From Podarcis bocagei (Eukaryota): 64,000 bases of DNA. The DNA lies in assembly GCA_964188305.1 (NCBI GenBank), contig OZ076894.1, one strand, 5' to 3'. Shown one piece after another: positions 23,701-37,800 of the stretch. Under the pieces are notes generated by a model. It searched no databases. It was not told the origin of the DNA and was given only the letters and a program-made list of their open reading frames with translations. Made by a program: the position numbers and the translations under genes. The first letter of the stretch is position 1; every line of letters begins with the position of its first letter.

Positions 23701-25799
23701 CCGGTGTTTGTCCACAGACAGCTTCCGGGTCATGTGTCCAGCATGACTAAGCTGCTTCTGGTGAAACCAGAGCAGCGCACAGAAACACCGTCTACCTTCC
23801 CGCCGGAGCGGTACCTATTTATCTACTTGCACTTTTTGGCGTGCTTTCGAACTGCTAGGTGGGCAGGAGCTGGAACCAAACAACAGGAGCTCACCCCGTC
23901 GTGGGGATTCGAACCGCCGACCTTCTGATTGGCAAGCCCTAGGCTCAGTGGTTTAGACCACAGCGCCACCCGCTGTTCTTTTAACCAATAGTTAAAAATG
24001 ACCTTAGGCGTATGTTGTAGTGGTAATAATGCCGATTATAAATCTGGGTACTGATATGGTGGCATTTTGTTCAATACAGGGCTGTGTTAATATCCTGTTG
24101 ATCAGTTCTGTGGCAGAAACACTGAGGTACGTGACAGTTTGACCAGGCCTATGTGGATTTTAACACAAAGTGTTACCCTATTCCCAAGCACTCTTTCATC
24201 ATCTCTGGCATCTCCAGAGATGTGAAAGACTGTAGTCTAAAATGCTGGAGAGCCTCTACCAGTCTATGTGCACAATATTGAGGTAGATACACCATGCCTT
24301 GCTTCAGAAATGGCTTCCCTGTAATCCTTTAAAAAAAATAAAATGGTCATATCCACACCATACATTTAAAGCAAATGACTTAACCTAAAGAACCATGGGA
24401 ACTGTAGTTTCTTAAGGGTATAGGAATTGTAGCTTCAGGAACTATACTTCCCAGGATTATTTGGAGGAGGGGGTCCATGTGCTCTAAATGCCCATTACAG
24501 TGGTACCTCAGGTTACATACGCTTCAGGTTACAGACTCCGCTAACACAGATATAGTGCTTCAGGTTAAGAACTTTGCTTCAGGATGAGAACAGAAATCGT
24601 GCTCCGGCGGCACAGCAGCAGCAGGAGGCCCCATTAGCTAAAGTGGTGCTTCAGGTTAAGAACAGTTTCAGGTTAAGAACAGACCTCTGGAACGAATTAC
24701 GGTAAGTACTTAACCTGAGGTACCACTGTATTTGTGTTTTCAATATATGGTGTGGATGTGACCTTCCACTAACATGGCTGCAATCCACACTGGATGGGTT
24801 TGGATGATGTGGAGTCCTCAAAAAAGCATCACCAGCCTCTGTCCACAGAATGATGTCAAGTTCACTCCTCTCATGTGCACTGGTGGAGGAAGAGGAGTGC
24901 GGGGGCGTGATCCCAGTAGAGCAGTGTTTCCCAACCTTTTTTGGGCAAAGGCACACTTGTTTGATGAAAAAAATCTCGAGGCACACCACCATTACAGCCC
25001 CGTGACGTCAGCGCGCAGCGTCACGCCGGGAGGGACGCACGAAAGTGTAAGTTTCAATTTTTTCCCCTCCCCCTTGCCGGGGAACCTCCAAGCTTTGGGG
25101 GTGGGGGGGGGAGGAGGCAGCAAAGCGAGGCAGGAAGGATAGCGCGGCTTGGCTGGGTGAGCTTTGGCAGGGGCAGGGAATGAGAGCCACGAGGCGGGCG
25201 CTGCGGACGGAGGCGCTGCCCGCGAGCTTGCAGGCAGCCAGGCAGGCAGACGGCGAGAGCCCCGCGCTGGGCGGCCTCTCCTCACCGCCGCCGCCCCGCC
25301 TCTCGCCGCCTGACTCGCCCGCCTCCCTCCAGGCAACATCTCGCGGCACACTAGTGTGCCGCAGAACAGTGGTTGGGAAACACTGCAGTAGAGTACCATC
25401 GTGGCTGCCCCCTGCCTGCGCTGGGTGCCCCGCCCTCACAGGTAGTGCACTCCACCCCCAGGATGCACACCAGCCCCGCCCCCGCCTGCTCTCAACCCCC
25501 CCCCCCGGTGCCGAAAAATGAAGCTCCGCCACTGCTCGTGTGGAGCTCCCAATTCTGCCCACCAAATTGTGGGCAGAAGAATTCCCACCAGCGGTAGCCC
25601 ATTCTGCAGGTAGCAAGAGTGACAGTTATTTGCACATTTGTTGGCATGCTTCCTTAAAGCTCCTTTAAAACAAAACAAAATCTATTGGGGCATTATTGCA
25701 TCAAGACAAAGTTTGCGAGAATAATTTCCTAGATGCTAGTTCAGAATAGTATGTTTGGTGGTGAATCCAGTATTTTCTGGGTTTCATTCTTCCATCCTA

Positions 25800-25851
<52 letters not shown>

Positions 25852-28800
25852 CTGATAGGAATTGGACAAAATATCCACCCGTGGAAGAAATCCCAACCAT
25901 TTCTGCCAATGCTATTTATGAGCAAGAAAATATCACCTTCATTCGCTGGAAGGTTCATAATGACTGGGTTACCAAGGTAAGAGAACTTCAGACATTTGTG
26001 TTGTCTTCTACATGTTCAACTACTATCTTCTTTCTGTTAACTGTGAAGGATTCAGATAATTATTTCCCATGAGCAGGTGGGTGCAGTTGTTTGCATCTGC
26101 TTTGAAGAGGTTTTTGAGGAGTATTCTTATTTCACGATCCCACCATATTATTTGTAAGATCATTTCTGCACAGCACATCTTACCTCACCTGCTTTTGGGA
26201 AGGTTGTGCTTCTCCTTGCTTTCCCCAGATTTGCCTTTGTTGCGCCATGGTATTTGCCTGGGATATCCTTGGGACACTCTGAATTTCATAGGATTTTCCT
26301 TTGCATATTTGCTATTGCAGATTCAATATATCCCTTCTATGGAATCTGTCATCTCTAGTTCAAATGATGATTGCACTGCACTGGTTATAGGTAAGTTGGG
26401 CATTCTCTAGCAGAATAAACATGTCAGAATTTGAAGTTGAAGTAAGATTTAATAAAAGATAGCGGTCATTTCTCCTTCACTTTTTTAAAAGAGGATAGTT
26501 TATTTTAGTTGATCTCATTGTTATCTAGCCTATCTTCCAAGGAGGTCAGGGCAACAGATGTGCTTTCTCCTGCTCACTCTCTATTTTGTCTTTTCAAAAG
26601 CACTTTCTGCGTAGAGTAGCACGAAAGATAGGGACCGACCTAAAGACTGAACCAGAGTCACGTGACTCAAATGGTTGAACAATGTTTTGAACCCAGGTAC
26701 TCTTGGTTTAAGTCCTCATTCCACTATGTTATTCCTCCCCAACAAATGTGCAGAAAATTTGTTCATAGGAGCACAAAGAGATGCCTTATACCAAATCAGA
26801 CACCTGGTCCATCTAGCTCAGGATTGTCAACAGTAATTGGCAGTGGATCTCTATGGTTTCAGGTCAAGAGTGTTTCCCAGCCCTACCTGGAAGCACCCTT
26901 CAGTGAACCTGGGAGTAGAGATGGAAGGATCAGTCAGTTTCATTTCTCTCTGTTTCTCAGTTGCGCACCCCGGAAATGATGTCTTTCAGCTTCTGCCTTC
27001 TGGAAGAAGCTACAGGGTTATAAAGACTAGGACTATGCGCCTGAGAAACAGTTTCTATCCAAATGCAATTTTGGTTTTAAACGCAGTGTAAGGTAGTCTC
27101 TATGGGAGTATCTTGTATTTAATTATGGGGTATCAGAGTTTTTAGAGGGCTGCCCAGGCTGGGATAGCAGGCTTGTTGGTTTTTGAATGTCTGATGTAGA
27201 TTTTTTCAATTTCGTTGTTCTGTATGGGACAATGACAATAAAGATTATCGTATTGTATTGTATCGTATGTCTCCCAATCTTAAATTCAGTTGTCCACATT
27301 TTGCCACAATTTGCAGTTTTCCTTCTTAATTGTTTTTCATGAAAATTCATCAGCATTTTAGTGTGAATTTCTCCTAATAAGCACATTTGAAGTTTTGACT
27401 CGTGCACATTTTTGCAAGCAAGTTCCCTAATATACGGTATGCATTTTTGTAAACACTGGTTGCAGAACTGCATTGGATCAATGCAAATTTTGAAGGATAG
27501 CTGTGTTTTGGCTTGCATATTATTTTGGAAAGTGTGAATTTGATAGATTTGGCTTTAAATGCACACTGAATTGAATTTCTCCTCCCTGGCGACCTGGAAC
27601 TTTGCATGGAAAGCATATGCTCTACCACCTGAGCTTACAGCCCTTTCCTAGGAATGGAATCAATTATCTCTCTACCTTGAGGGCTTTCAGTTTGTCTTCT
27701 GTTAAGTTATGAGCGAACATATCAGACGACACAGCGATTCTTCCAAAGCAGCTCTTTATTTGTAAGCTGGAACAGAACTGAGCTGAGGAGCTCAGTCAGC
27801 CTGCTTATATAGAGCTCCAGAACAATGTACAGTGGTGCCTCGCAAGACGAAAAGAATCCGTTCCGCGAGTCTCTTCGTGTTGCGGTTTTTTCGTCTTGCG
27901 AAGCAAGCCCATTAGCGGCTTAGCGGATTAGCGCTATTAGCGGCTTAGCGGGCTTAGCGGATCAGCTGATAAGCGGCTTAGCGGCTTAGTGGATCAGCTG
28001 TTAAGCGGCTTAGCGGATCAGCTGATAAGCGGCTTAGCTGTTTAGCGGCTTAGGGGATCAGCTGATAAGCGGCTTAGTGGCTTGGGGAAAAGGGGGGGGA
28101 GGAAAAACCCCCCGCAGGAACTCGCAAGACATTTTCGTCTTGCGAAGCAAGCCCATAGGAAATTCGTTTTGCGAAGCACCTCCAAAACGGAAAACCCTTT
28201 CATCTTGCGGGTTTTCCGTCTTGCAAGACATTTGTCTTGCGGGGCACCACTGTAACTGTTGCCATTTTCTAAAACTATCCAATCACTGAACGTCACTTTC
28301 GATCCTTCATTTGCATGCAAACTATCCAATCACTGAACGTCACTTTCGATCCTTCATTTGCATAACTATCTACAGTATCCCCCTGCTGGCCCAGGGTGAG
28401 AACTTCAGTACATAACATCTTCCTTCCCTTCCCATGCAACTCTTCTGTTTTCTTGTCACAGGTTACGTTAGCAGAACAAAAAATGTGAAGCATCGCTTGA
28501 AAACTCTGATGGGTTCCAGCACTGTCAGCCATAACAAATTCGCCCCACCAGCTACTGCTTCTCCAGCAAGGCGCTTTCAGTGTGATGAATCTGTTTTTAA
28601 GGTGCACAAAGGAGTCAAGACCTTTGACTTCTGCAGAGAAAGCAATATTCTTGTGACTGGTGGTTTGGACCGGAATATCCGTCTATGGAACCCTTATGTC
28701 CCTGGGTAAATAAAGCTAAAATGGGTTAAAACTTGCCTATTTCTATCCGTTTGCTAGCTGATGGCTTTGAGGTATTTTTTAAAAGCTATCATTATGTTGT

Positions 28801-31800
28801 TTCAATGCAAACGTTCTTCACAGAAGAGCAAATCTTTAAAGAATTGTTCCAAACCGTAATGTGTATATGTGCATGTGTTTGCAACTGCAGGCTCTTATGT
28901 TTCAGCCCTAGACATATGTAAAAGTGAAAATACTTTGTTGGTGTGAATATAAGCCACCTCCAAATATAGACTTTACCCGTAAAATGAGAACCCTGCTTCT
29001 CTGCCTTAGCCCGATTATAGGGCTTTATACAAGCCACATTGGTGGGGGAGGGAAGTGCAGCCAATATTCAGACCAATATGGTAAGTCTTTTGGATGCTGC
29101 TGTTGTCTATATAGTGTGCATGTTGCCTCTACACAGAGTGCATCAGAACAGGGCCCTGCCCTGAGGAGCTTACAATTTAAATAAAAAGAATAAAAAGTGG
29201 AGGTAGAGAAGCAGCAGGTGGTTGACTCAGTGACAATTAACCTTCCCTGTGACAAAGTGTTATTAGATCGATTTCACACATGCTACCCAAAAGCACTTCT
29301 GAGGCGCTCTCATGCTATTCATGAGCATACATGGCAGACAGAAATGCAGTTTTCAATGCACTCATATTGGGCTTTTAAATGGATTGGTGGCTGGGCAGGG
29401 AGGTGTATTCACAATTGCATTTCAACCTTACTGTGAATAGAAGTGCTTTATCTTATTAATTTTAAAGAAATCTATAGGCTCTCTGATGCTTGATTGCTGA
29501 GCAAACTACTCCTAAGTTAACCAAAAATATGTTTGCCACTCACTAGGTGGCCGATTGCAATACTGCGAGGACATACTTCCCCAATTGGTTTCCTATGCAT
29601 TGCTCACGGCAGTACAAATATTTTCTCAGTTTCTCTGGACAGCACCATCAAGGTAAGGGTTTTGATCGGCATTGAACTGCTTGGTTTATTACTACTAGTA
29701 CAGTTTGTATGCCACCCTTCATCCAAACCCCAGGGTAGTTCACAACAGAAAGATGCAAAATGAGAACACAAAATACATAATACAGTGGTACCTCAGGTTA
29801 CATACGCTTCAGGTTACAGACTCCGCTAACCCAGAAATAGTACTTCAGGTTAAGAACTTTGCTTCAGGATGAGAACAGAAATCGTGCTCCGGCAGTGCGG
29901 CAGCAGCAGGAGGCCCCATTAGCTAAAGTGGTGCTTCAGGTTAAGAACAGTTTCAGGTTAAGTACGGACCTCCGGAACAAATTAAGTACTTAACCTGGGG
30001 TACCACTGTAAAACAAAAACCAATAACCCCGACCCACAAACACATAAAAAAGCCATAGAATGCTCATCAGTCAAATGCCTGGTTGAAGGGAAACATTTTT
30101 GCCTGGCACCTGAAGATATGTAATGATGGCACCAGGCGAGCCTCCCTAGGGAGAGCATTCCATAAATGGGATTTTAGAAGACAGAATGTCACCATATGAC
30201 CACATAGCCTGGATTCTGTGGATTGTCTATAATAAGTGTGTCTAAGTACGGATCTCTGTGTGCTCTGCCACTGAACTATCGTGCCTCCTCTGCTTGCATC
30301 AAACACAGAACAAATATTGCACATCCCTGCAAAGGTTTCTTCAGTGTGGTATCATATACAATTGCCATGGTGTCATATGAAATTGCCAGTCATGCTTGTC
30401 TCGTGTGCCAGGTGGCCAATTCATCCCAAGCAAGGAGTCACTATAATGTCCGGGGGTGGGGGCGGAGATGTCACAACTCGGGCAATCAGACACACACCGA
30501 AATGTAGGTTTGGGCTTTTCTCTCTGTGTGTGGTTTAGATTCCCAGATACAGGATTTTGCAACATACGGTCTACCTAACACCTGAAACCGGAACGGAATG
30601 TTTAGTAGTGTCAGAGTCAGTGATCAGTACTAAAAAGTAGAAGGAAGGGTGGATGGAGATAATGGTAGCCATAGAATTAAACCTCTGCACAAGCAGCTAC
30701 CTCTTCCTAGAGGTACAGTTCACACTTCCAGTATTGCAATATGATTGCTTCTCAATTTGCTAGAAAGGAAGTAACAGCTGGAGGCTTCCTTAGGTGTTCG
30801 GTGAATCCATTTTTCTCTCACACAATTTTATCCGCATGTGTTATTGAACAACCACAAAGTGCTAATAGATCTTATCAGTCACGAAGAATGGCAAATCACT
30901 GTTTTCACTTGTAAGATTTCACTTTTCTGAAAGTTCTGCCTTATGGAACTCAAAATCTTAATGTCTTAATACCTGGGAAAGAATCAGGGGAGATATATTT
31001 ATATATTGTGACAATCTCAGGAGATAACTGGGCTGATCAATTTATTTTTTCAATCATTTACCATGGGACAGTTTTGTGCTATCAGGGCAATAGGTTTGTG
31101 ATATGGGTGACAGCTTTTCTGAACTCGTATATTTCTTCTCAAAGGTCTGGGATATTGAAGACCATTCCTGCCTCCTTACAGTCATGCCCAAAGCCAGCCA
31201 AATCAGAGGGGAGATGGAAGCCTGCTACTTTTCACCCGACTTGCAAGCCCTTTATGTTGCAGCTGAAACTTTTGGGCTCCTACAATTCCAATATAAGTAG
31301 GCAAACAATATACCAATCTGCTGTAGACATTGAGTCAAGCACAATCTATGCATAGTTTCTTCTATGGGCAGTGTGTTTGAATGTTGCTACATAAAATCAA
31401 ATGGGTGGTGACCAATACATTGCTCCATGTAGAAGAGACATCAAAAACACATACGTTATGCGAGCACTAACTTGAACAGCATTTTTTAAATCAAAATTTA
31501 CTATAGAGCAGGGATTCCTAAACTTGGGTCTCCATCTGTTTTTGGACTACAATTCCCATCACCCCTGTCCCGCTAGCTAGGGATGATGGAGGTTGTAGTC
31601 CAAAAACATCTGGATACCCAAGTTTGGAAAACCCTGCTCTAGAGCAAGGCCCCCAACGCCACTGCCTGTCATTCTCGTTTTGACACTCGAAGTGGTCAAA
31701 ACATCACAAGCAAATAAGAAGTCCTGATTATGGCCCCACGTGTATCTCTTTTGGATTTAGATAAAAACAGAGTCAGATATTTTCCTAGTCATGTAGTTCC

Positions 31801-34800
31801 AGTACATGACATTAAAAGAACTCAGTGCCTGCTGTGCAAAATATATTGAGATTAAAACATGTCCATATACAGGCCATTTTCAGATTACTGGTTTGTGAAG
31901 CCATGAAACAGTGCCCTCCTTTACCCCTTCTCTCCTCCTGATGCAAATCCTTGTTTGCATGAAGCCAGAGTTTTCTGTTGCATCTGAACCAGGGAGCTCT
32001 GGGTGAGTGTTAGTATACAAACCAGGAAAGTGAACTGTTACCTGGCATTAAGGCAGAGTGTCCCCAGTTTGGATGTAGCAAGAGACTCTAGTTTAATGCA
32101 CATCAGGAGCTTCACACCAAAGCTGGCGCACAACAGGAAGAGGTCACCTATCCATGGCACTCATGCACAGCTTCATAAATCATAAATCTGAACACAGCCC
32201 CAGTGTACCTCTCCTCTTCGTCATCTTGTGGTGTTATCTTTTTCAGGGAGAATCAGAACCAAGATTCAGGCACATCCCATAACAAGCCTATCTTTTGCTG
32301 CCAGTATAACCAGCAACTGCAGCATGTGATTAGTTGCTCAGAAGACTCCGTAAGTAACCCTGAGACTATGACCCAGTTTGTGTGCAACATTCCTGGCCTT
32401 ACAAACCATCATTTATTAGCCATAGAATTAGTATCAAGTACTGTACACACAGTCCCTCTTCTTTTGCCTTGCCTTCCCCCTTTGTGCTGGCTTCAGAACA
32501 TTGACCCTGGCCTCTTTAAACTACAGCTTCTCACTATGTCCAAAATTGTGGCTTAATATCAAGTTATTAACTAAGCTTTTACAACTGTGGTTTAAGATCT
32601 TGGTTTGTAAACCAGCTTTATGACACAGTGCATCATTTCAGATGTCATGGAGACCTGTAACTTCAGCAGATCAGAATCAAAGTGCTGAAGCTGGCACATG
32701 AAGGGAAGCAGCAGTGGTGGAAAGCATGTGGGCCCAATTCTCATTCCCAGTTTAATAAACTGTGGCTTATTAGTCCAGAAAGGCTGTGTCTGAAAAGGTC
32801 CGCTGTGGCAATGCTGCATGAGACCCCTTAAACAATTTAAAACTTGTTTGGTTTTTTGGGTGACAGAAATACCTGCTCTCCCTATAAGAATTAAACATAT
32901 TAATAGGTGCGGCAGAAATTTCTGGGATTTCTTGCCATACCCAAGTGGTAGCAAGCAGTGCTTGAAAAGCCAGCTTTAGGACAAAGAGGTGGATTCTGAT
33001 GCCTTTACTCCCTGCTGTCCCAGTTCAGGTGAAACTTTTGCATCTTCAACAGTTAATGTTAATTTTATTCTGAATTTTAGAAATAGTTTATAGGCATCTT
33101 TTCTTGTGACCTTTAAGCTTCCTGATTTCCTCGCTTTATGTTTATTTATTTATTCAGCATGAGAGAAGAGAGATCAGTCCTCAGTTCCCCACTCCTATCC
33201 CTTTTATTTCTTCTAATAGGTTATAAAAATGTGGGATCTTAAAACTGGACAGCTGATTGTTAAAGTGCGTGAAGCTCACGGAGGAGCTGCTGTAACTTGC
33301 ATGGCCTTAGATACCATTGGAAAGAGGTATTCAATATCTAGTTATCATCAGATTAACAGAATTACACCTTCTAACCTCCAAAGAGCACACCTCCACCACC
33401 AGGGTTTTGGAGGCAAGGAGGTATAATTTGTTGAGGCTGGCTTGTGTCGTATTTGTTGCTGTTTTCTGTTGTTTTAATTTTGCTGTGTTTGTACCAATGT
33501 CCTAATTGATTGTAGAAATAGGTATTGGTGTGTTTTAATGCTTTGCACACCGCCTGGGGACTGTATTGTGTATGGCAGTCTAGAAATATATATGCACACG
33601 CACTTGCATCCATGCACACTCACATAGATAGATATACAAGAGCAGCCAGCAGGGAGGGGCAGCAGCGCTTACCTGATCTCCCAGGATGTGCGTTGATTCA
33701 GCTTCCCAGAAGGTGGAAGAATAAGGGTGCAAGGAGGTTGAATGCACTGGTACTGCACCAGTCTCCCCACCACTTTGTCCCATTGCCTCCTGGAAAGATG
33801 TGGAGATGCTTCTGGCAGGTAGGTACCACCAGCCACACCTATAGATACAGGTAGAGTTGAGTTGTGTTCTCCTTACTCCTTATTATGATATTCTCCAGCT
33901 GTCAAACTTTGAGCTCTTTCAGAGTTAGTTGTTTTGGAGGGCGGGTGGGTAATAATATCCAGGTAGGAAAATGCTTCTGATGCATTCATGGACTAAGCAG
34001 ATGTTAAGTTTATCAATGTCTGCTCTGTTATCTATGGACACACACACCCCACTCCCCGCCCCCAAGCCTACTTTCTCACTGTTAGCAGGTCTAGGGAGCT
34101 CTTGTCAGCAGGTCCCCTGTTGGGACGGTGAGTCATCAACAGATGCCCAACCATGCCAATACTTGATCCTGAGCATCAGAAGATTGATGTAGATATGTGT
34201 GGGTGGGAAGCATCAACAATGCAGTGTGCACAGCATGATCAGCAGGAGGTACAAAGCCAGTAAGCTGAATAGGCAACAGTTTTACCAACAATTTTCTATA
34301 CTGTCAGTTGTCATTAATTCAATTGCCAGTTTGCAATTCCATTGCAACGAACAGTTTCCCCCTGCTGTCTAGGTTGATCACTGGTGGCGCAGATGGCAGT
34401 CTGAAGAAATGGGATAGCAGCACCCTTGGATACATGCATACCATTAAGCAAGGTAGAGAGCTAATGGCCAGCCTCTTAGTTTCTCTGATATTTTGCCAGC
34501 AACTGCAACATGATCATCATTTGCTCTCTCTTTCAGCTATCAGTTCAGCTGATGAAGTCACTGCTTGCACCTATGCTGATCTTTACGACAACAGGTACAA
34601 AGGATGTTGTTGTTACTATTTTAAAAATGAAAAGTATAAATGGCTAAGAAAATACAAGTAAGCTGGGAAGAGGTCTCTACCGAATGATCTTATAGGAATA
34701 ATTTGGACACCTGCAAGATGGACGTATCAGACAATTCAGCCAGTTGAAACACACACAAACTCTGGAAGCATAGAAAAGTATTGAACCTATCATGGAATCT

Positions 34801-37800
34801 CCTGCGGTTAAATCAAGTTATCCAATAAGTCTTCAGGAAAGACTCTGCATATTTTGTATGCAATTTGCATAGGTGGGGAACCTGTGACCCTGCAGATGTT
34901 GCTAGACTCCATTTAGCATCATTCCTGACCATAGGCTATACTTCCTGGAGCTAGGCTTCAAGTCCAACAACATCTGGGAAGACACAGTTTTCTCCTCCCT
35001 CCTGTGCACACTTACTTGGCAGTAAGGCAAATAAAAAATAGAGTTTTACCTCCGAGTAAGAATTTTATGGGCCATACTTGCAGCTGAGTGTTTGGGTTTC
35101 CAACCTTAGTGTTTTAAACTTACAGTGGTACCTTGGCACTTACAGTGGTACCTTGGTGTCAAATAAATTGGCTCCTGAATGCTGCAAACCCGGAAGTAAG
35201 TGTTCCAGTTTTCAAACGTTTTTCGGAAGCCAAATGTCCAACACGGCTTCTGCTTGAGTCCAAGAAGCTTCTGCAGCCAAATGGAAGCCGTGCCAATTGG
35301 TTTTCAAACAGTTTCGGGAGTCGAACGGACTCTTGGAATGGATTAAGTTCAAGAACTGAGGTACCACTGTAGTGTGTTTATAGCCCTTACACTTGCTGAA
35401 AATAAATGTAACATTTGTGAAGGTGGGTACAGGTAGATTAAGGATGATAAATCATGCCAGTCAGCGCGAAATAAGCCATTGTTTGTTTAGCTTCTGAATT
35501 CTTATATACATATGAAAATCAGTGATGCCACGCTGCTTATGTAGTTTTTTCCTTTTAGGATTCAACACAAAAGGGGTTATATTAGAATTGGCTGTCCTCT
35601 TTAAATAACAGGTTTCAATTTTTTAAAAGATACATCATCTCTGTTGGATGGGGCAGGAAGATCAGTATTTTCCTGGTAAGTATAAATTAATGTTAAGTTT
35701 AGTTGCTCCACTATAAGATGTTGGGAAGGCCAAAAATGGGAAATTTTAGGTGTTCCACAATGAACTCAGTAAGAAATTGGAAGCCCAGAATAACTATACC
35801 AGCATTGTGCACCCGAAAGACAGACAGGCATCTAATATGGAGAATGACTTGTTCAGGATAATGGACACCTGTCGGAGCAGGGTTCTGGAAATTTTTTTGT
35901 CCAATCAATTCATAGAGCTTTTCCTTACAGCCAATGACTTCTTTGAGTAGTATGAACAGTTCCCATTCCCTCTTAATACTGCAGACATGAACAGAAAGTG
36001 TGATGTCTATATGTGCATAAGTATGACTGGTTTATTGGAGGCTATTAGTAATGACAACTACATGTTCAAAGGCAGAATGCTTCTAACAAATGCCAGGGAG
36101 CACAACTGGGAGTGGGGTGTTTCCTTCAAGATATCCCATGTAGGCTTCCTCGAGGCATCTGATGGGTCACTGGAGGAAGTTTTGGGGAATGACTGTAGCT
36201 CAGGGACAGAGCACAGTCTTTATGTGCAGAAGGTCCTAGGTTCAGTCACCAAGTAGGGTTGGGAAACACTTCTGTCTGAAACCAAGGTTAGCTGCTGCCA
36301 CAATACACATCTCGTTGGATTGATTTTGTGACTTGGTATAAAACAGTTTCCTATGCTCATTTCTAAGTATGATGCCAGATTATATGGATCTTTGGTCTAA
36401 TCCAGTTGGCTGTTATTATGTTTCTAATCTCTATTATATGGCTCCCCCACCCCAAATCAGAATTGTCTTGTGTCTACAGCTGATCCTACCTACCCCATGG
36501 ATGTGAATGAAAGGCAAAGTTGTCTGACAATATTTTTCAGTTTCTATAGCTCCAGCATTGCCTTTTTCTAGAAATATGAGTAGTACCAGTAGCACTGCTT
36601 TGACACACATCATTAACCTATGTTTAAGTAAAAAATAAATTTGTTTATCCATGAAAGAATTATGAATCTCTGGAACCAAAGATGGAACTGAAAAGTTTTT
36701 AATTTCAGGATATTGATGATGAAGTCGTTGAAGGCTCATACCCACAACTGGACTGGATTAGAAGTATGGTAAGATATTAACTTGCAGTGAGAAATGGTAG
36801 TTAAACATGAATAAAAGTTGAAAAGATTTCTACATGAATTTGCTTAGAGCAGAGCAGGGCCACCCAAATGTTGCTAAACTACAACATCTGTTATCCCTTC
36901 CCGTTAGCCATGCTGGATGGGACTGATGAGACTTGGGAGACCAATAACATCTGGAGAGCCAGAGATTCTCTACTCTTAGTTTAGAGCATAAGATACACCC
37001 CATGTGTGCTTGATAGGGCAATGACGGCATGATAATGACCACTTTGCCATTGCACCATGCAGGAACAGGGCCACAAGGACGATATTTTATGTGTAGCTTC
37101 GTGTCCTCCACATTTCTTGGCCACTTCTAGTTTTGATGGTGAAGTTCTCATATGGAATCTGGTATCAGGACATCTCTGCAGCCGTCTTCATGCTGTAGAC
37201 AGAGCAGCAAGGGAAGGAGAAACAGGTGAGTAGGATTAGACCTTTTGCTGTGCTAAAATAAATGCTTAAAAGAACTCACACGGTGTGGTGAGAGAAGTGA
37301 AAAACGAAGAATGTACAGTGTCAGTAATGAAAATGTTTTAAAAATGGATTTCCTGTCTGTGCCACCACAAATGGTAAAAAAAAAAGGATCTGTGGTAACT
37401 GGAGTAAATTGCACGGTGGGCTACAACCACTGCACAAATCTAGCTGACCAGGCAATAACCACTTGGAAGACATTTAAATATTATTCTGTGTGACAGCCAC
37501 AGTATGTGCAAATTCCAGCCCCCATTGCTGTTGCTACATATTTTAAAGGGGAAAGTGGCTATGTTGATACACACAGGGTTTTTTTTTTATCTGGGTCTCC
37601 ATTTCCAAGTACAAAATGTTGAGTTAAAAGAACTTAGACTCCCAAGTCATTTGGTGTGTTTTCAAATCACAAGATGAACCAAGTAGATTGAGGAAGCTGT
37701 GAGCAAATTTTACTATGTGACAAGGTGCTACACCTTTACCTGACGTACGGCAACATCCTCCCACACAGAACAATTAAAGCCGCTCCCCAAGGAGTGGTAA

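Noticed and set aside
23611-23972. A/B-box sequences as tRNA genes, and all four SINEs lying on the minus strand
   Set aside because: They are SINE heads with tails and TSDs, not tRNAs; four copies in one orientation is not statistically meaningful
27913-28083. Repeat array as a CRISPR-like or telomere-like structure
   Set aside because: Degenerate short units without unique spacers, inside a TIR-bounded MITE in a vertebrate intron
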